NCBI GenBank assembly: GCA_038496445.1
Contig: JALMLS010000342.1
Span: 62,001-126,000, forward strand
Length of the DNA stretch: 64,000 bases
Direction of reading: 5' to 3'
DNA from: Trichosphaerium sp. ATCC 40318
Taxonomy: Eukaryota > Protista > Tubulinea
The notes beneath the pieces are model-generated. The model was not told the DNA's origin. It did not search any database and saw only the letters and a list, made by a program, of their open reading frames with translations. Below are positions 23,936 through 38,243 of the stretch, piece after piece. Positions within the stretch are counted from its first letter, which is position 1, and each line of letters opens with the position of its first letter. The translations under genes were made by a program, and so were the position numbers.

Positions 23936-24776
23936 ATGGTACCATAGTTCAAATTTATAGTATTAATAGAGATAATAGCTACCTTTATCACTGTTAAGGA
24001 CAGCAAAAAACAATGCAATCGTACGGCGTTAATATCTACGACTGTGACATGTATTTACGAAACTACAGCTTGTAGAGCTCAAAAATGGTGAAACTTACAG
24101 TGGTATACTCGACAACTGCGATAATTGGATGAATTTGAACTTAATTGACGTTATTATAACTTCCAGGGTAAAGTGAAGCTCAAGACAAACCTCAAACTAA
24201 ATTGTTTTACAGTACGGCGACAAATTCACGAGGGTAACACATTGCTACGTGAGAGGCAACACAATAAAGGTAAACAAAAAATAAACTGCCCAAACCAACA
24301 AAATTAGTATATTCGTGTACCATCCAGCGTCATAGATATGGTGCAAGAAGAAGATTTCCAACCACGCAATAAGTACGTCATAAAACAGTTGAATGGAGTT
24401 TTGTTTTCAACCCAATGTAAGTGATAACATTGTTCTATCAGGGGTCGTGGGCGTGGCAGAGGCAGAATGGGATCTCGTGGTCGCGGACGTGGACGTGGTC
24501 GAGGGGGCCGTGGTGGACGCGGTGGACGCGGCGGCAGAGGTGGCTTTGGTGGTAGAGGATCTAGTAGAGGTAGAGGCGGCAGAGGCGGTCGTGGTATGTG
24601 GCGTAGCACTTATAAAACAATATTTGTGATATTTTGCAAACTCTCCAATAGTCCTAGAGACATTTCTTGACAATACTCATTCGCTGTTGACACATTGCAT
24701 TTTTTTCAATTTTTTTGACATTTGCTTTGTCAGTTCGATTATTAACTCACAATTTTATTTAGGTAGAAACTGGTAA
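23936..24776 (+). CDS. LSM4: U6 snRNA-associated Sm-like protein LSm4 with RGG tail
   Basis: The first coding exon is ATG only, then [45 protein letters not shown] and an RG-rich C-terminus. Confidence 0.95.
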
Positions 24777-25045
24777 TGATAACGGTTTACATTGTAATTT
24801 ACTAGCCTTGATCAGCATTTTGAAAAAAAAATCACATATCTTGATCCCTCTCCATGCTTTTAGCACTACCTGTAATATGTTGTACAACACGTAATTCAGC
24901 AATTTTACTACCACATGATTACCTTGATTTGAGAATAATAGAAAGAGAAAACGGTTGCAAAAATTATCGGCAACAAAAAAAAAGATTCTGTCGGTTTTTA
25001 GTCAAAGTGAGCATTGATTCCAAAATTACTTTTCTCCTCACCACG

Positions 25046-27250
25046 ATGGAAGTAGAACCTATTGTACAAACATATACGCCTTCAAAACGCGTAAGAACGC
25101 GTTCATTCGTTATAAAACCAGAAAGTGATATTAATGTTATCTTATCACTACCCAACGAGATCCTTGCTAACTGCCTGTGTTTTTTGAAACACCGCACGGT
25201 TCTAAAGTCTGTATGCAAGCGATGGCGTACTGTCGTTGAGCAATATACGACATTCTTGACAATTAACAGCCTCTCACACAAATTAACAACAAAATACAGA
25301 AGTTTAGAACATTTGGAAATATCAGAAGCGTGTGGGCTATCTGGAAGGTCTTCTGCGCCTTTGCGTGTCCAATTGATCTCTTTCAACGTTAAATTGACAT
25401 TATTTCTTGCGAAACACCAAGGCATTACACAAGCGCGTACTTCAAACGTTTGGTTTAACTCCGCTATACTCACAGGTTCGTTTTTAATCAAAGTGTCAAC
25501 AACTCTTTTTTTTTTTTTCCTTTTGAACAACGCCAAGCAGGCGTCAATCCATTCTATTCCCACCAACGCCTTATTTAGTTCTACCCAATATTCGGATCTT
25601 GGAAACAGCAGAACTAAGCAACGAAGAAGTGCCACTGTGCTATGGAGTACAAAAACTTATACTTAAACGTTTATGTCCTCACTCAACTATTCGTCTCATT
25701 CCAACACTCACAAAACTCGAAACATTACAACTTACCACAGATCTCCCTAACCTTCCTCTACCTACAAACTTACAAAACTTACACTTATGTAACTCTGGAC
25801 TTCATCCATTCAGCCTTCCATTCCTAGAGGGTCTAGGAAAGTTCCAACAGTTAAGAAATCTTCATATTGAGCAGTATAGATGGGGTGTTGCACTTCGTGA
25901 TCCAAACTTCTCTTGGGACTTTGTTACAAAACTAAAGAACCTTGATGTATTACAAATTACAACACAGCCATCAATTAAAGATGTATGGACAGTACCTGTT
26001 ACATTTCCGTTAGAACTATTAGCATCAAACTACAAAACGAAGATAAAGGTAAGCGAGTTTTTATTGTGTTTTTGAGAAATTTTTTGCTTTTTTGCTTTTT
26101 GTTAATGTTTGTATTTCAGGCTCTTAAGATTTACCATGAGGGTGTTAACGATACAGATACTATTGATTTAAGTCCACTTCAATCATGTTCAAACTTTAAC
26201 TCATTGATTATCGACACTGCGAATGATTACAACTTAAACTTTGGGTCAATAGATACTTTAACAAGTATTTCTTGTCAAGGATTCGGTAAAATATCAGTTC
26301 TTGGTGCACCAAACCTTAATAAAATACAATCACTAAGTACGTGGTATATGTCACTAGTAATATACACCAACTAAAGTTGTATTATAGGCCTGGACGTTAC
26401 ACCAGCTCCAGATTTTGAATCAAGTTTGTTATTTCAGCTTGTTGGCTTATCAACGCCACTTAAACTATGTCTAACTAATCCTCAAAAGCTAACAAGTGCT
26501 GCTATACCTTATATAAGATCAGCAACACAGATACTTCAACTTACACAAATATCTCATCTGGACCTTGAGATTGTAGTCGTCTCTAAATTTTATAGTAGTC
26601 TTTCCTCCCTTTGTAATTTATCAACACTTTCTGCCGTACGTCTCTCACTGTGCTTCATGACTTTTAGTTTAATCGTGGACACTAGATATACCTTAATAAT
26701 GAGGCTGCAGTATCTTTAAAGTCACTGACTGCACTTACGAATCTTCATTTGCAGACAACTCTTATGTCAGATTTTGCGCTACCTCTGTAAGCAGAAATAC
26801 TTTTTAGGTTCTTTATCTTCAGAAAAAATAACTTGGTTTTTGTCCTTTAGGCTTGGTAGTATTCCAACACTGACAAAGCTTAACATCGACGCTGGTATTT
26901 TCAGTGTGGAAGCACTCAATTCATTCAGTGCTACATACCCCAAAGTTGATGTACGTTGCTGAGTCCAAAATGATTCATTTTTTAATTCTGACTTTATTCT
27001 TGTTCAGTTCGAAACATCTCGGATAGACTACTTTGAATTAATGGGATACCAACATTTTGGTAAAAGCAAACATACTGGAAGTGATGAGGATAGAGATATG
27101 GGTTTTCGCAACAGACTTTATGGGTTTGATGATATGATAGAGTTTCAATCATCCTCAGAGGACGACGATGAGAACGAGTTCCAAAGACTTGTAGATCTCG
27201 AAGATGAGGAGGAAGATGACGATATTGACCCATTCTTACGTCGGTTATAG
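25046..27250 (+). CDS. F-box protein with leucine-rich repeats and acidic tail
   Basis: F-box ILSLPNEILANCLCFL...SVCKRWRTV; LxxLxL repeats (LTKLETLQL, LQNLHLCN, LRNLHIE); D/E-rich C-terminus. Confidence 0.8.
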
Positions 27251-27375
27251 AACTGAATCATATTTGTAGTATACTTTGAACTGATTTGTATGAGCCCGTA
27301 CACCAGTTCGGGCAAAAAATACAAGGTTTTTCTGAATTAATAGTACATTTTATTTTTTATTTGATTTATTTTTTT

Positions 27376-30089
27376 CTAATAAGGTCCGTTTGGTCTTCTA
27401 TCTCGTCGTTTATCTCCTTAAAACTAGTTTAGTAACAGCATAATAAAATACCAGTATTTATATCGTACCATAGCTGGATCGTTGCGGGCCGCCAGAGTAG
27501 TCACCATCGTCTCGACCATAGTCACTACCGCGGCCACCACGACCGCCTCTACCACCACGATTACCGCGACCACCACGGCCGCCTCTACCGCGACCGCCTC
27601 TACCACCACGGCCACCACGGCCACCACGACCACCGCGACCACCTTGGCCGCTTCCGTTGTATCCTCCATCGTAGCCACTTCCACCACTATTGTAGCCGTA
27701 ATTATTGTTACCGTAACCGCCTTGGCTACCAGCACTGTAACCACCTTGCTCATCTGATGGTATGTTAGGTGATTTTTAAACTTTATTCTGCGCTACGTAC
27801 TTTGCGAGTCCCCCGAATAAGTAGAGATGGCAGAGGAACCACCATAACCGCCTTGATCCCCATTGTATGGAGGTGCACCACCAGTATACCCACCTTGAGA
27901 ATAAGAAGCTCCACCATCGTTGGAATAACCAGAATCTCCACCAGAGTAATTTCCTTCAAAAACAGGTTAGCACATCTCGAAGTTGAAAAAAAGTACCTTG
28001 AGAATATCCTCCTCTGTCGCCGCCGCGCTCTTGCCTGTCGCCATATCCACCGCGACCATAACTATTACCTCTACCGCCACGGTTGTTATATCCACCTCTA
28101 CCACGACCTCTTCCACGGCCTCTACCGTAACCATGTCTGACATGTGATGCGGGTTGTTTTGCTTGCTCAACAATAATATTTTTGCCCATAAAGTCTGTTT
28201 GGTTGAATGCATCAATTGATGCTGCAGCAGAATCAGGATCAGCAAAAGCAATCAACGCATCTCCCTAGTAGAAAAAAAATGAGAAAATTACTCACTTAAA
28301 GAGAACGCAAAGGTTAATCCAACTGTATTAAAAAAGCAATTGCAGAACCCTCTTTTGCTTTCTTTGTTTTTTCTTACCTTGAACTTTCCTGTTTGTCTGT
28401 TAGTATACATCCTCACTTTAGGCCTACCAGTCCTTCTATCCGTCTGTAGAAAAACAAGTCAACAAAAAAGATAAACAAAGCGTAGAGCATCAACAGTACA
28501 AACAACAAAAAAAAAACCATAAAAAACTACGCAAAAAATATCAACACTAACCTTAACTGTGCCAACAGTACCAAAATGGTCAACCAATTGCTGTTGCGTA
28601 ACATCGTTTGGTAAATTACGTATATAGATAGAGTCAAGCGCAGGTACAAACTCAGTATTAGGGTCATTGCGCCAGTCACCTCTACCACGAGAACCTCCTT
28701 TGTCTTGACCCTGTTCACCAGAACCAAAACGATTATTATAACCTTGATCATTACGGCCGCCATAAGGTGGCCCTTCGCCACCGCCGTTATTACTATACGA
28801 ATCATTTCGCCTATTATCATACTTACGGCCGCCCTTGTTATTACCACGGTTACTTTGATAACCGCCTCTAGATGACGAAGATTGATTACCATAATTATCA
28901 CCAGCGTACGCATTACTACTACCGTTCTTATTACCACCGTAACTATCATTACCACCGTACGAAGGAGGGGGGCCTGCAGAAGACTGATAACCACCACGGT
29001 TCCCAGTACTACCTTGCCTATTATCCCCAGAGTACCCACCTCTACTTCCACCGCGCCTACCGCCACGATCGTCACGGCCACCGCGACCACCACGACCGCC
29101 ACGGTACCCAGAGTCATTATACTGTTGTCTACCACCGTAACTAGAACCTCCTCTACCTTGATCATAACCACCACGGGACGAATTATAACTATTGCGTCCA
29201 GCGCTATTGTAACTAGAATTGGATGCATTTCCTACGCGATTACTGTCTTGTCCTCCGCGACCATAATTCCCGTAACTGTTATTACCTCCAGGCGCACTGT
29301 AGCCAGAATTTCTGGTTTGATAGCTCGGTTCCTCTGGGGAGTAGGCTGTCATCGGATTTGATGGAGTGTAACCTTGGTCTGGCGCTCTTGAGGACGTTGA
29401 AGAAGGCCCTGAATAGCTAGAGTTACTTTGCGCGCTGTAGTTTTGTGTGTTGGGAGGTGCACTACGCTTGGCACCCGGGTTAGATACGTTTTGTGTTGAT
29501 ACTGGCTGTTGATAACTTGTTTTAGGAGCATAATTCGGTTGGGTATAACTGTTCGAAGCCGCAGGAGGCGCGACTGAAGCTAACAGATTTTTCGCTACTC
29601 CAGGTTGTTGTTGCATGGTGTTGAGGAGCGCTTGGAGGGCCGCAATACTTGGTGTAGCAGCGGCGTTTTGGCTAGATAGGAAACAAAGTTAATAAAAGGA
29701 GTTACTGTGTCGGTTTAACAAAAGTAAATGTTTTGGCTCCGTTCAACTGGTTTTTAACGAACTTCTCCGAGGTTACTTGTAAAAATTACGTATTTAACTG
29801 AAATTAACTAATTAACAAGTGGCAAACGCCTTTGGAGTCCTTGAACGAAGAAAAAAGAGTAATTCTAAAATTTTAGATCAACCAACGATTATAACCTTAA
29901 GTTGTTGTAACCAGTGGCATTATGTGCCTGTACTGAAGGTATTGGCGCATTGCTGGGTGGAGCATAAGTGCTTCTTCCTTGCGTATTACCAACCGCGCCA
30001 GCTCCATACGTATTAGCATTTTGCGAGCCTTGTGGAGCCTGATATCCGTAACCTCCACGCTGTTCATAATTTTGAGATTTACCGTTCAT
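27376..30089 (-). CDS. FET-family (FUS/TAF15/EWS-like) RNA-binding protein
   Basis: SYGQN-rich prion-like N-terminus and RGG tracts; FET-type RRM with extended basic loop (SIYIRNLP...VKTDRRTGRPKVRMYTNRQTGKFKGDALIAFADPDSAAASIDAFN); C-terminal PY-NLS RRDRRPNGPY*. Confidence 0.88.
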
Positions 30090-30248
30090 CACAAGTAAAT
30101 ACAAAGGTGTGTAATAATTTACGCGGTTATCGTGCAAATAGCAACGCACTCGAGAATAAATGAGAATATTAAATTTCGCGCATAGTTTTTCTCCAGTATT
30201 TCTTCAGGCGAGTATTGTAGTTTCCTTACGAACAAAGAAACATACAAC

Positions 30249-32951
30249 ATGAGCTACCGCGACGAAGACGAAATGGATATTGATGATCTCATCCCACCAG
30301 TGGCGTTAGATGAGTCCGTCAGAAATATCGTAGTTGTAGACAACATACCTGTTATTCCAAAATCAAAACAGGGAAAGCTAGAAGGCGTATTAAAGAAGAT
30401 TTTCTCGCAAGTGGGACCTGTAGCACACTTACACTTGCCTTTTGGTGATGATGGAAAGTCTAAATCGTGCGTTTACACCCTTTAAATTCTAGGGAGGATT
30501 AACGTAGTTTAGCTACTGTTTTATTGAGTTCAAAAGCGCTCACGTCGCTACCAAAGCCATTGAACAAACAAATGGATACAAATTGGACAAAAGCCATGTG
30601 TTCCGCGTCAACAGTTTTGCTGACTTTGAAAAGTACCAAAAAATGAGCACTGAGTATGAGCCAAAGGAATTACCAGAATATAAACCAGCTGTACGCGTTT
30701 TGGACTCGATTCTGTTTCTCAAACTCACTCAACACTCCAGAAAGATGTCTACAGTTACCTACAAGACCCAATGTGCAGAGATCAATTCGGTATACGCTAT
30801 GGTGATGACACTGAGATCTGGCGTGCGACTCCTTTCAAAGGTCATCCTCCAGAGCTTGAACAACGCAAAACAGTGCGTCATAAGCTTTAAAATCGTGGTG
30901 TAACGTTTTGTTTTCAGAAATGGTCTGAAACGTATTTCACTTGGTCACCTCGCGGATCTTACCTCGCTACACTACATCCTCTTGGCGTAGCTCTTTGGGG
31001 AGGACCAAAATGGGAAAAATTACAAATGATGAGACATCCTGGTGTCAAATTGATAGCTTTCTCTCCATGTGAAAAATACCTCGTTTCCTTCTCTAGCAAT
31101 TTTTCTAAAGAAGACGCCAGCAATCCAAAAGACCCAAAGGTTCATTTCAATCACCTTGATTTTGTTTAACCATTATTTTTGTGCTCTCTACGCTCTCTTA
31201 CGTTTTGTTTATTAGTCTATTATTATTTTTGACGTCAGAAGTGGATCTAAGATGCGTGGATTTACACACGATGAGGACATCTGGCCTGCATTCCAATGGA
31301 GTTACGATGACAAGTATTTTGCACGTATGAAGAAAGGTATGGTTTCAGTTTACGAAACCCCATCAATGCGTCTTGTTGGTGGTAAATCAATAGCGTTCGA
31401 TGCACCAGTACAGGTACGGCTCAATAAAAAAAGCAATGAAAGCGATTCTTGATGATTTTAAATAATTTTTGTAGAGCTTCACTTTCTGTACTTCAAAGCC
31501 ATTGATATCATGCTTTGTGCCAGAGATGGGTTCTGCTGCCGCTCGCGTAATCTTGGTTTCACTACCTACAAAAGCAGTTGTATGCAGAAAGAATCTTGTT
31601 CAAGTACAAACTGTACGTAGTTGTAATTTTTTAGCTTACTTGTTTGACTAAATTGTAGTGTCGTATGCATTGGAATAAAGGTGGTGATTACTTGTGCTGC
31701 AAAGTAGACAGATCCAAGAAAAAGGGAGGGTAAGAATCAATAGAGAAAAAAAGCTTAGAATTAGTAATAATCGTATGTATTTAGACGTGTCTTCACAACC
31801 TTTGAAATTTTCCGAGCAAATGATAGAGGTATTCCAACTGAAACCAAAGAATTTGAGCAGACGTGCCACGTTATTGCATTCGCCTTTGAACCAAAAGGTA
31901 CATAGTTTAATTCTCACTTAAAACAGCAACAAGAACCAAAATACTGCTTGTTTTCTAATGAATTTAATTCAATACTTATACAAGTGTTTAGGTCACCGAT
32001 TCGCTATCATCCACCAAAAGGAAGGACAAACACGTCCTAGCGTTACATTCTACACAATGCTTGTCAAAGAGAAGCATGGTAAAATAAGAAAACGTCTTAC
32101 TGAAATCAGTATGTAACTTATTAACTGTTTGGTTAGCTAGCTAGTAACACCTTTTTTTTTTATAGTCACCCTTGAGAATCGCTCAGTTAATCACTTGTTC
32201 TGGTCTCCACAAGGAAGCAATATTGTAATGGCAGGATTTGGAAAATTCAACGGAAACCTTGAGTTCTACAATCTTGACATGCAAGAGCTAATGTCACAGG
32301 AAGAGCATTACATGGCCACTGATATTGTTTGGGATCCATCTGGTCGTATTGTCATGAGTTACGTATCTTATTGGCAAAGAACAGTACGTTTCTACTCTTT
32401 TGCTTGGCAACTGCTAAGTTACTTTTTTTCTAAATAGAGCGAAAATGGTTATTACTGCTGGACATTCAGAGGTCAGTTGGTAGAGAAAAAGATGCTTGAA
32501 AAGCTGTACCAGCTCTCATGGCGCCCAAGACCACCTACACTCCTTGGACCAAAAGAACTCCAAGTATGATAACTTTAAATTACGGATAGCCATTAACTTA
32601 TCAACTAGAAAATCGAAAAAGACTTCTCAAAAATTTCAGATCGTTTGGCAGAGGAAGATACCGATCGTTCTGGTGCGGTTGCAGCCAGAACCAACCTCAA
32701 AAACGCCGAGGAGAAGAAAGTGCGTTAAAGAACCGAAAACCATTGCAGTTTTTTTTCGTTGTTTTTTGGATTGAGTCTGATGGTTTCTTTAGGAATTTCT
32801 CAAATTTATGGCCCAGAAGGAGGCTGAGTATAGAGCCCAGGCTGAGCGAAGGAAGCGACTCCGTGGTTGCGACTCTGATGACGAGAGCGACTGGGTAGAG
32901 GTAGAGCAGACTAAGGAAGTCGTTGTAACTGAAGAGGTTGTTATGGTTTAA
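30249..32951 (+). CDS. EIF3B: Eukaryotic translation initiation factor 3 subunit B
   Basis: RRM (IVVVDNIP...YCFIEF...NGYKLDKSHVFRVN), WSETYFTWSPRGSYL, WPAFQWSYDDKYFAR, FAFEPKGHRF, WSPQG, WDPSGR, WRPRPP. Confidence 0.95.
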
Positions 32952-33272
32952 TGTACTCAATTGAAACAAATAAATAAGATGACTATTAGTCATTGCCATG
33001 CACAAGACATGTTACTCCATCCCTATGCTTGCACTACGCAAAACATCAATTTGAATCAAACCATAGTACTTTTTTGTGATCGCGTACAGTTTTTTTTGAC
33101 TATTTGGGTACGTGGTCAACGGTAGTTTGCTGCCAAAAAAGTAAAGTAAGCCTTTGTCATACTTTGTATCGTTGTATTTGCTTGTTAAATTATAATTGCG
33201 AGAAAGGAGACGGAGTTGTCAAGCTAATTGCTTATTTCGTAGTTCAGCCCAATAAAAAAGGAAAGAATCAAC

Positions 33273-34584
33273 ATGGAAGTTAAACGCGAAGAAGGTACTT
33301 GCATGCCATTTTCGACCGTTTGTTTTGCAAATTTCTTTGAAGACAGTACAATCACTGCATATGGAAGCCACACGCCATACCACGTCAGCCTAATAACGTA
33401 TCCGCGAATAAAAATGTTTAGGGCACAAAAAGAAATCGAAACAAACAAAACATAACTCCTCCCACGGTTCAGAGCAATCACGAAGTGGTACGACAGATTT
33501 CGCGAGTTATTGTTGTATTAAGAATTGACAGATAATGCGCGGCACAAACGTAATCGCTCCCACAATAAGAGTAGGCGACAGTATTTTATTAATGTCAATT
33601 AAACGACTATTAGGCGATCACAGTTCAGTTAGCGCAAAAAGTGGCAAGAAGTCTTCAAAATACGGTGATAGCGCAAAAGCAGAGCATGCAAAGAAAAGAA
33701 AAGAGCGTAGAGGATCAAAAAAAAGACGTACAAAGGCAAAGGCTGACAAGGGAAACTGCTTTGAAGCTATATGTCATGTCCTATTCAGTGACGGCGAGAT
33801 GGAAGGCTCTGATAGCTCCCATTCATACAAGGCTGATGCCTTGCAACTGAGCGAGGAAGAGAGTATTGAGAAAATACGTCCTGTTAAATCGAAGCATTCT
33901 ACTCCACGTTCTCCAAAGCCTAAACAAAAGAAAAAGCGTTGTAAGATTTTTCCCATTTTGTTCTTGTTTTTGTTTTCTTTTTTCTTTCTTTCCTTCTTCT
34001 AATGTACCTTAGCAAAAACGCAGTCGGACAGATCATTGTTGAAGGTTGGTGCTAAGGCACAAACTTCGAAGAAGAAGAAACGGCGAAATACAGTGGACAA
34101 AGGAAGGCAAACTAAGAAAGTTACTAGCCCAGCCGCTAGCCCGGTACTTTTTCTTATTGTTGTGGTGCATCTTGCTTACGAATAAGAAGAGGGTTAAGAC
34201 AAAACAAAAGTCACGTGGATTCTTTTCTCCAAGAGGAGGAAAGAAAGCAAAAAAGAATCCAAACAAAGGATCTAAAGTATCTTTGAGTATGTCCAAAAGT
34301 GCTCCAGATGTTGCCATTGAATGGGATGAAGCTATGAGCATATGTTCTGATAAAACAGAGGACATCTATGCTAAAACAGAAGCTATGCCTTTTGAGTCAT
34401 CTGATGAAGCGTCAATAGCTATAGATACGTTAAGAAGGAACGTGGATGTCCTTATATATGACTCCGACTATGAGACAGCTACTGCTGCATCACGCAGGTA
34501 AGAAAACTTAGAACATTGCGATTTCTTACCTTTTTTGTTAGAGGCACAATTGTTGATCCAGAGTTAGCGTTAAAAACATTCTAA
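33273..34584 (+). CDS. Hypothetical Lys/Ser-rich low-complexity protein
   Basis: A chain of plus-strand open exons with GT-AG introns (MEVKREE..., KKRKERRGSKKRR, SPRGGKKAKK, ...VDPELALKTF*). No family recognised. Confidence 0.55.
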
Positions 34585-34737
34585 CTTGCGTGACTAGTGT
34601 CACTTGTATGTAATTTAAATGTAAAGAAAAGAAAAGATTTTAAACGACTTTTGTTAGCGTCAGAAAAGTCCAGTACACTTTACTACTAAAACGCCAACCT
34701 ACGCCTAATAGTCAATGATTCGTACTTAGAAGTCTCA

Positions 34738-37700
34738 ATGACGGATATTATAGCTGCAATTGCTAGACTTGATCCTAAAGTGGTTAAAAGCGATGTCGCT
34801 AAGATAGCAAAGGCAATATACAGTAACGTGTCAGTTTTAACGTGCTTTAGGCACTAAGCACTTCAAGTCGAAGCAGGGACGTTCTAGATAAGCTACGTAG
34901 GATATATCAGCTCTATAGTGTACGTAAGGCCGATGTACCAGAAGATTTTACCCACTCGCTGTACGTTGAATTTGTGGTTGCCACAAAATAATGTCAATAA
35001 GCCTACGGCTCGTGGAGAGTGAAACAACACCTTTTCGAGTGAGATGTATAAGTGCTTACATGTTAATACACACATTGCGAGGAGACATCACAATACTTAC
35101 AGAAAAGTGCGTACACGAGCCTTATTAGTTGTTTGTAACTCGTGTCAACAGTTTGTCATTGTTTCCCGAAGGCTACCGCGAAGGTGTTATGTTCCTTTTT
35201 ACGACGCTTGGTGGCATGCCAGGTGAATATAAGCTACAATTGATAATACTTGTTGACGTTAGAAATTTAGCACTAAAAGCGAATATCTCAAATATTCCAA
35301 AGTGGCTTTGTGATGAAGATTACGCACATAAAGGTGCCTTGTTTTCTGGTTTCCTTACTTTACGTACGTACTATCTCGTCCTTCAACTGTATGTAGCTAA
35401 TTTTTAATGAATTATAAGTACGTCAAGAGCCTGAGTTGTTTGATGTCACAAAGGTTAAACCACTTGAACGTAAGATTGACACGTGGCTTTTACATGCCAG
35501 TTTACAATCCGCAAAACCACAGAGTTCTGGAACTTGTACGCTTTTAGAAAAAAGGAGAGATTAATGTACTTATGGGTATTACTAGTCTTTAGTGTACAAG
35601 CTACAAAACAACAACCTGTCACTGAGTTGGATGGTTCTGTGATTGCAGTTGGCGATGCTGAACCCGATTTTTTTACTGTTCTCAATGAGTCTTTGTCTTA
35701 TACACCTGACCAAGTGTTTAATATTCACACTTTCTCAATTTTGTACACTCACCTTGATGCTTTGTATGTAAAGAAACTAGATTCAGGTATGTAATGTGAC
35801 CTCAGTTGTTTTTCGCTTATCAAACGATTAGGGAAAGAAGGTGAAGATTCTTCTACAAAGTGAGCTCTTTTGTGATTCACCTTATTTACTTTTTCTAACG
35901 CATGTGAATAGACCAGATCAAAGGCTTGTGGAGGTGATTATAAAGTACTGTGTGAGGGTAATAGAGCAAGCTAAATGGACACCAAGCGAAGATAATCCAC
36001 AGAATAATGTTAATCATACCGTTGCTGATATTGCTCAAGTTGAAGCCATTCGTATATTGGATAGATTATGTAAATTAGATTCATCATTGGTACACAACTC
36101 TCATACAAGACAATCAATCGCTAACCTCTAAATTTTAAGGTGCCTAGATTGTTTCCAAATATAAATAAAGTGTTTCAAAGTGTAAGTTGCAACCACAGGA
36201 GATACGGAATCGGACTTATACTTATGTTATAGTTAACTGGCAATATAACACCCAGAAACGCTCATATATTATTGGGCTTACTACGATTTTGGGTAAACCA
36301 CGGGTACAATAGTCATGGATAAAACGATTTCTAACTCTCTACAGAAAAGCAGTTGTTTATGATGCGGAGCCTATCATAAGATCGTTTTTTGAAGAATACC
36401 TGTCAACATACTGTATCCTATTTTTTTCTTGTTTCTCATTTTTTGGTTAAACGGTTTTTTGTTTTTTACCTTGACGCTACAAGATGCTGATGCATTTATT
36501 GCTTTTGAGACTGTATTCTTTTGTATAGAAAACAAAGAAGTGCTCATAAATAACACGAATCTTTTCAGTACATACTTTCCACCTCTCCTAAAATTATTCG
36601 CATGGGCGCCAACACAATATCACAAGTAATTGCCAAAAAGAGAAAAGAAAAACCCTTGACTAACTCTTAATCTTTTAAGGGAGTTTTACGAATTAATACC
36701 ATGCTTTGTGGGACCTTCAACATACTTGGAATTGTTCCATTCGTTATTAGATCTACCATTGCTTGCAAGTGCACTTGAACGTATTGTGTACACAACAGGT
36801 AATACCAAAGCAGCTTTGTTGGTTATAAAATGAGAAGACCTTTAACTCTTGCTAGAAAACGTGGGTGGTGCTAATGATAGAAATGAAAGTGTTGGTAGCT
36901 ATTCGAGTTATGGCCGTTATGACCCAGAGATGCTTAGAGCAAATCAATATCATGTTGTCTATAATCTACTGTTAAGAAACGAGAGTGGCCTTGCTATAAA
37001 CTTCTGGGATAATCCTTCAACTGTGCGTTTTCAACATATTCATTAGTTTGTTAATTTTGGGTTTGCATAGGCATCCATTGTTACTGCATTCTGTGAAGTA
37101 AGTGAAGAGCATTTTACAGCAGGCATCATTGACTATTCTTGCAGGAAACTATCATGTCTCCAAGAGTACTAGCAGCGTGTGAGCGCGCAGTTGACTTGGT
37201 TGATATCTATTTTGATGTTATGATATCGTATGCTGAAGAGCAGCAACTCTTCGATATGGTGCCTATAATATTCAGTCGGATAACACATGTAAGTTGTATT
37301 TCTAGCATGACAACCTCTAAATCTCCTGTAGTTGTTTCCTCAAGACGAATACAGAAAGAAAGTCCGTGCGATTATGGCAGATAAGATTTTAGCAATTTTT
37401 GAAAAATACCCTCATTTTGTGGTTTCTCATAAGGTAACTAACGTTTTTTTGTCTTTTTAGTACTCTTTACGTCGCATTAAAAAATACCTTAGAACTTGAT
37501 AATCGAGACTATTGGTGATACTTCAGAGTTGTCACGTGCTGAACTCATACTAAACTTGTGTTGGATAATAGGTAGTGTGATAATATTATTTGAGTGTTGT
37601 CTGTATTTACCCATCACAAGGTGCTTATGTAAGTCCAAGTATTGTACCTGAAGTCAACACTTCAGTGATGAATGTGTACGAAGAATCATTAGAACTTTTT

Positions 37701-38243
37701 GCATTCGAAAGAATGTCTATTGTGAGCGTAACGAGCTCGGAGCAAAATGGAGAAACTGAGTATGTGTTTTCTTTCGACTTTTTAGATTGAATCGACCTAC
37801 AAATACTGACCTTTTTAAAAGCAACCAAGTTGATGAATATAACACCAGACTTATGTTATTGGTTATGGGAGCACTTTCAAAACTAGCAGCAAGGGTAAGT
37901 TTTAAAATCGATGCTTAAAAATCTAAGCCATTTTTAGTATCAACCACTGGCATCACGTGTAATTCTCTGCCTCGCAAAACTTTTACGTTATGACAAATAC
38001 TTCCATAAAACAGTCATAGAACGTGCTAATGAATGTTTGACGCTACTTAAATACCCAAGGTGCGTTCACATTATGATAGGGAGTACCTAATCGTTATCTA
38101 GTATTGCAGCTTCGATTCTAGATGTTCAGCACAAAACTGAGCCTACAAGCCACCACGTCGATGAGAATTCATCTTTACCGTTCCTACTTAGATCTGCAAG
38201 CGAGTATATTCCTCAGAAAAAGATTCATCAGTTCATGTTTTAA
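34738..38243 (+). CDS. AP5Z1: AP-5 complex subunit zeta
   Basis: ELDG...DFFTVLN...DQVFNIHTFSIL, EAIRILDRLCKLD, YFPPLLKLFAW, ELFHSLLDLPLL, LCWIIG, RANECLTLLKYPSIA. Confidence 0.88.

Noticed and set aside
24304-24673. Pro-rich and Thr/Ala-rich minus-strand ORFs
   Set aside because: Antisense shadows of the LSM4 RGG-coding tract.
24964-25635. 223-aa minus-strand ORF
   Set aside because: Antisense to a clear F-box gene, has a non-ATG start, and shows no recognisable motif.
27294-27313. GCCCG...CGGGC hairpin between convergent genes
   Set aside because: Only a 5-bp stem, with no tRNA, SECIS or terminator context.
27424-29420. Several Val-, Thr- or His-rich ORFs in alternative frames and strands
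   Set aside because: Frame and antisense shadows of the FET low-complexity GGN/CGN codons.
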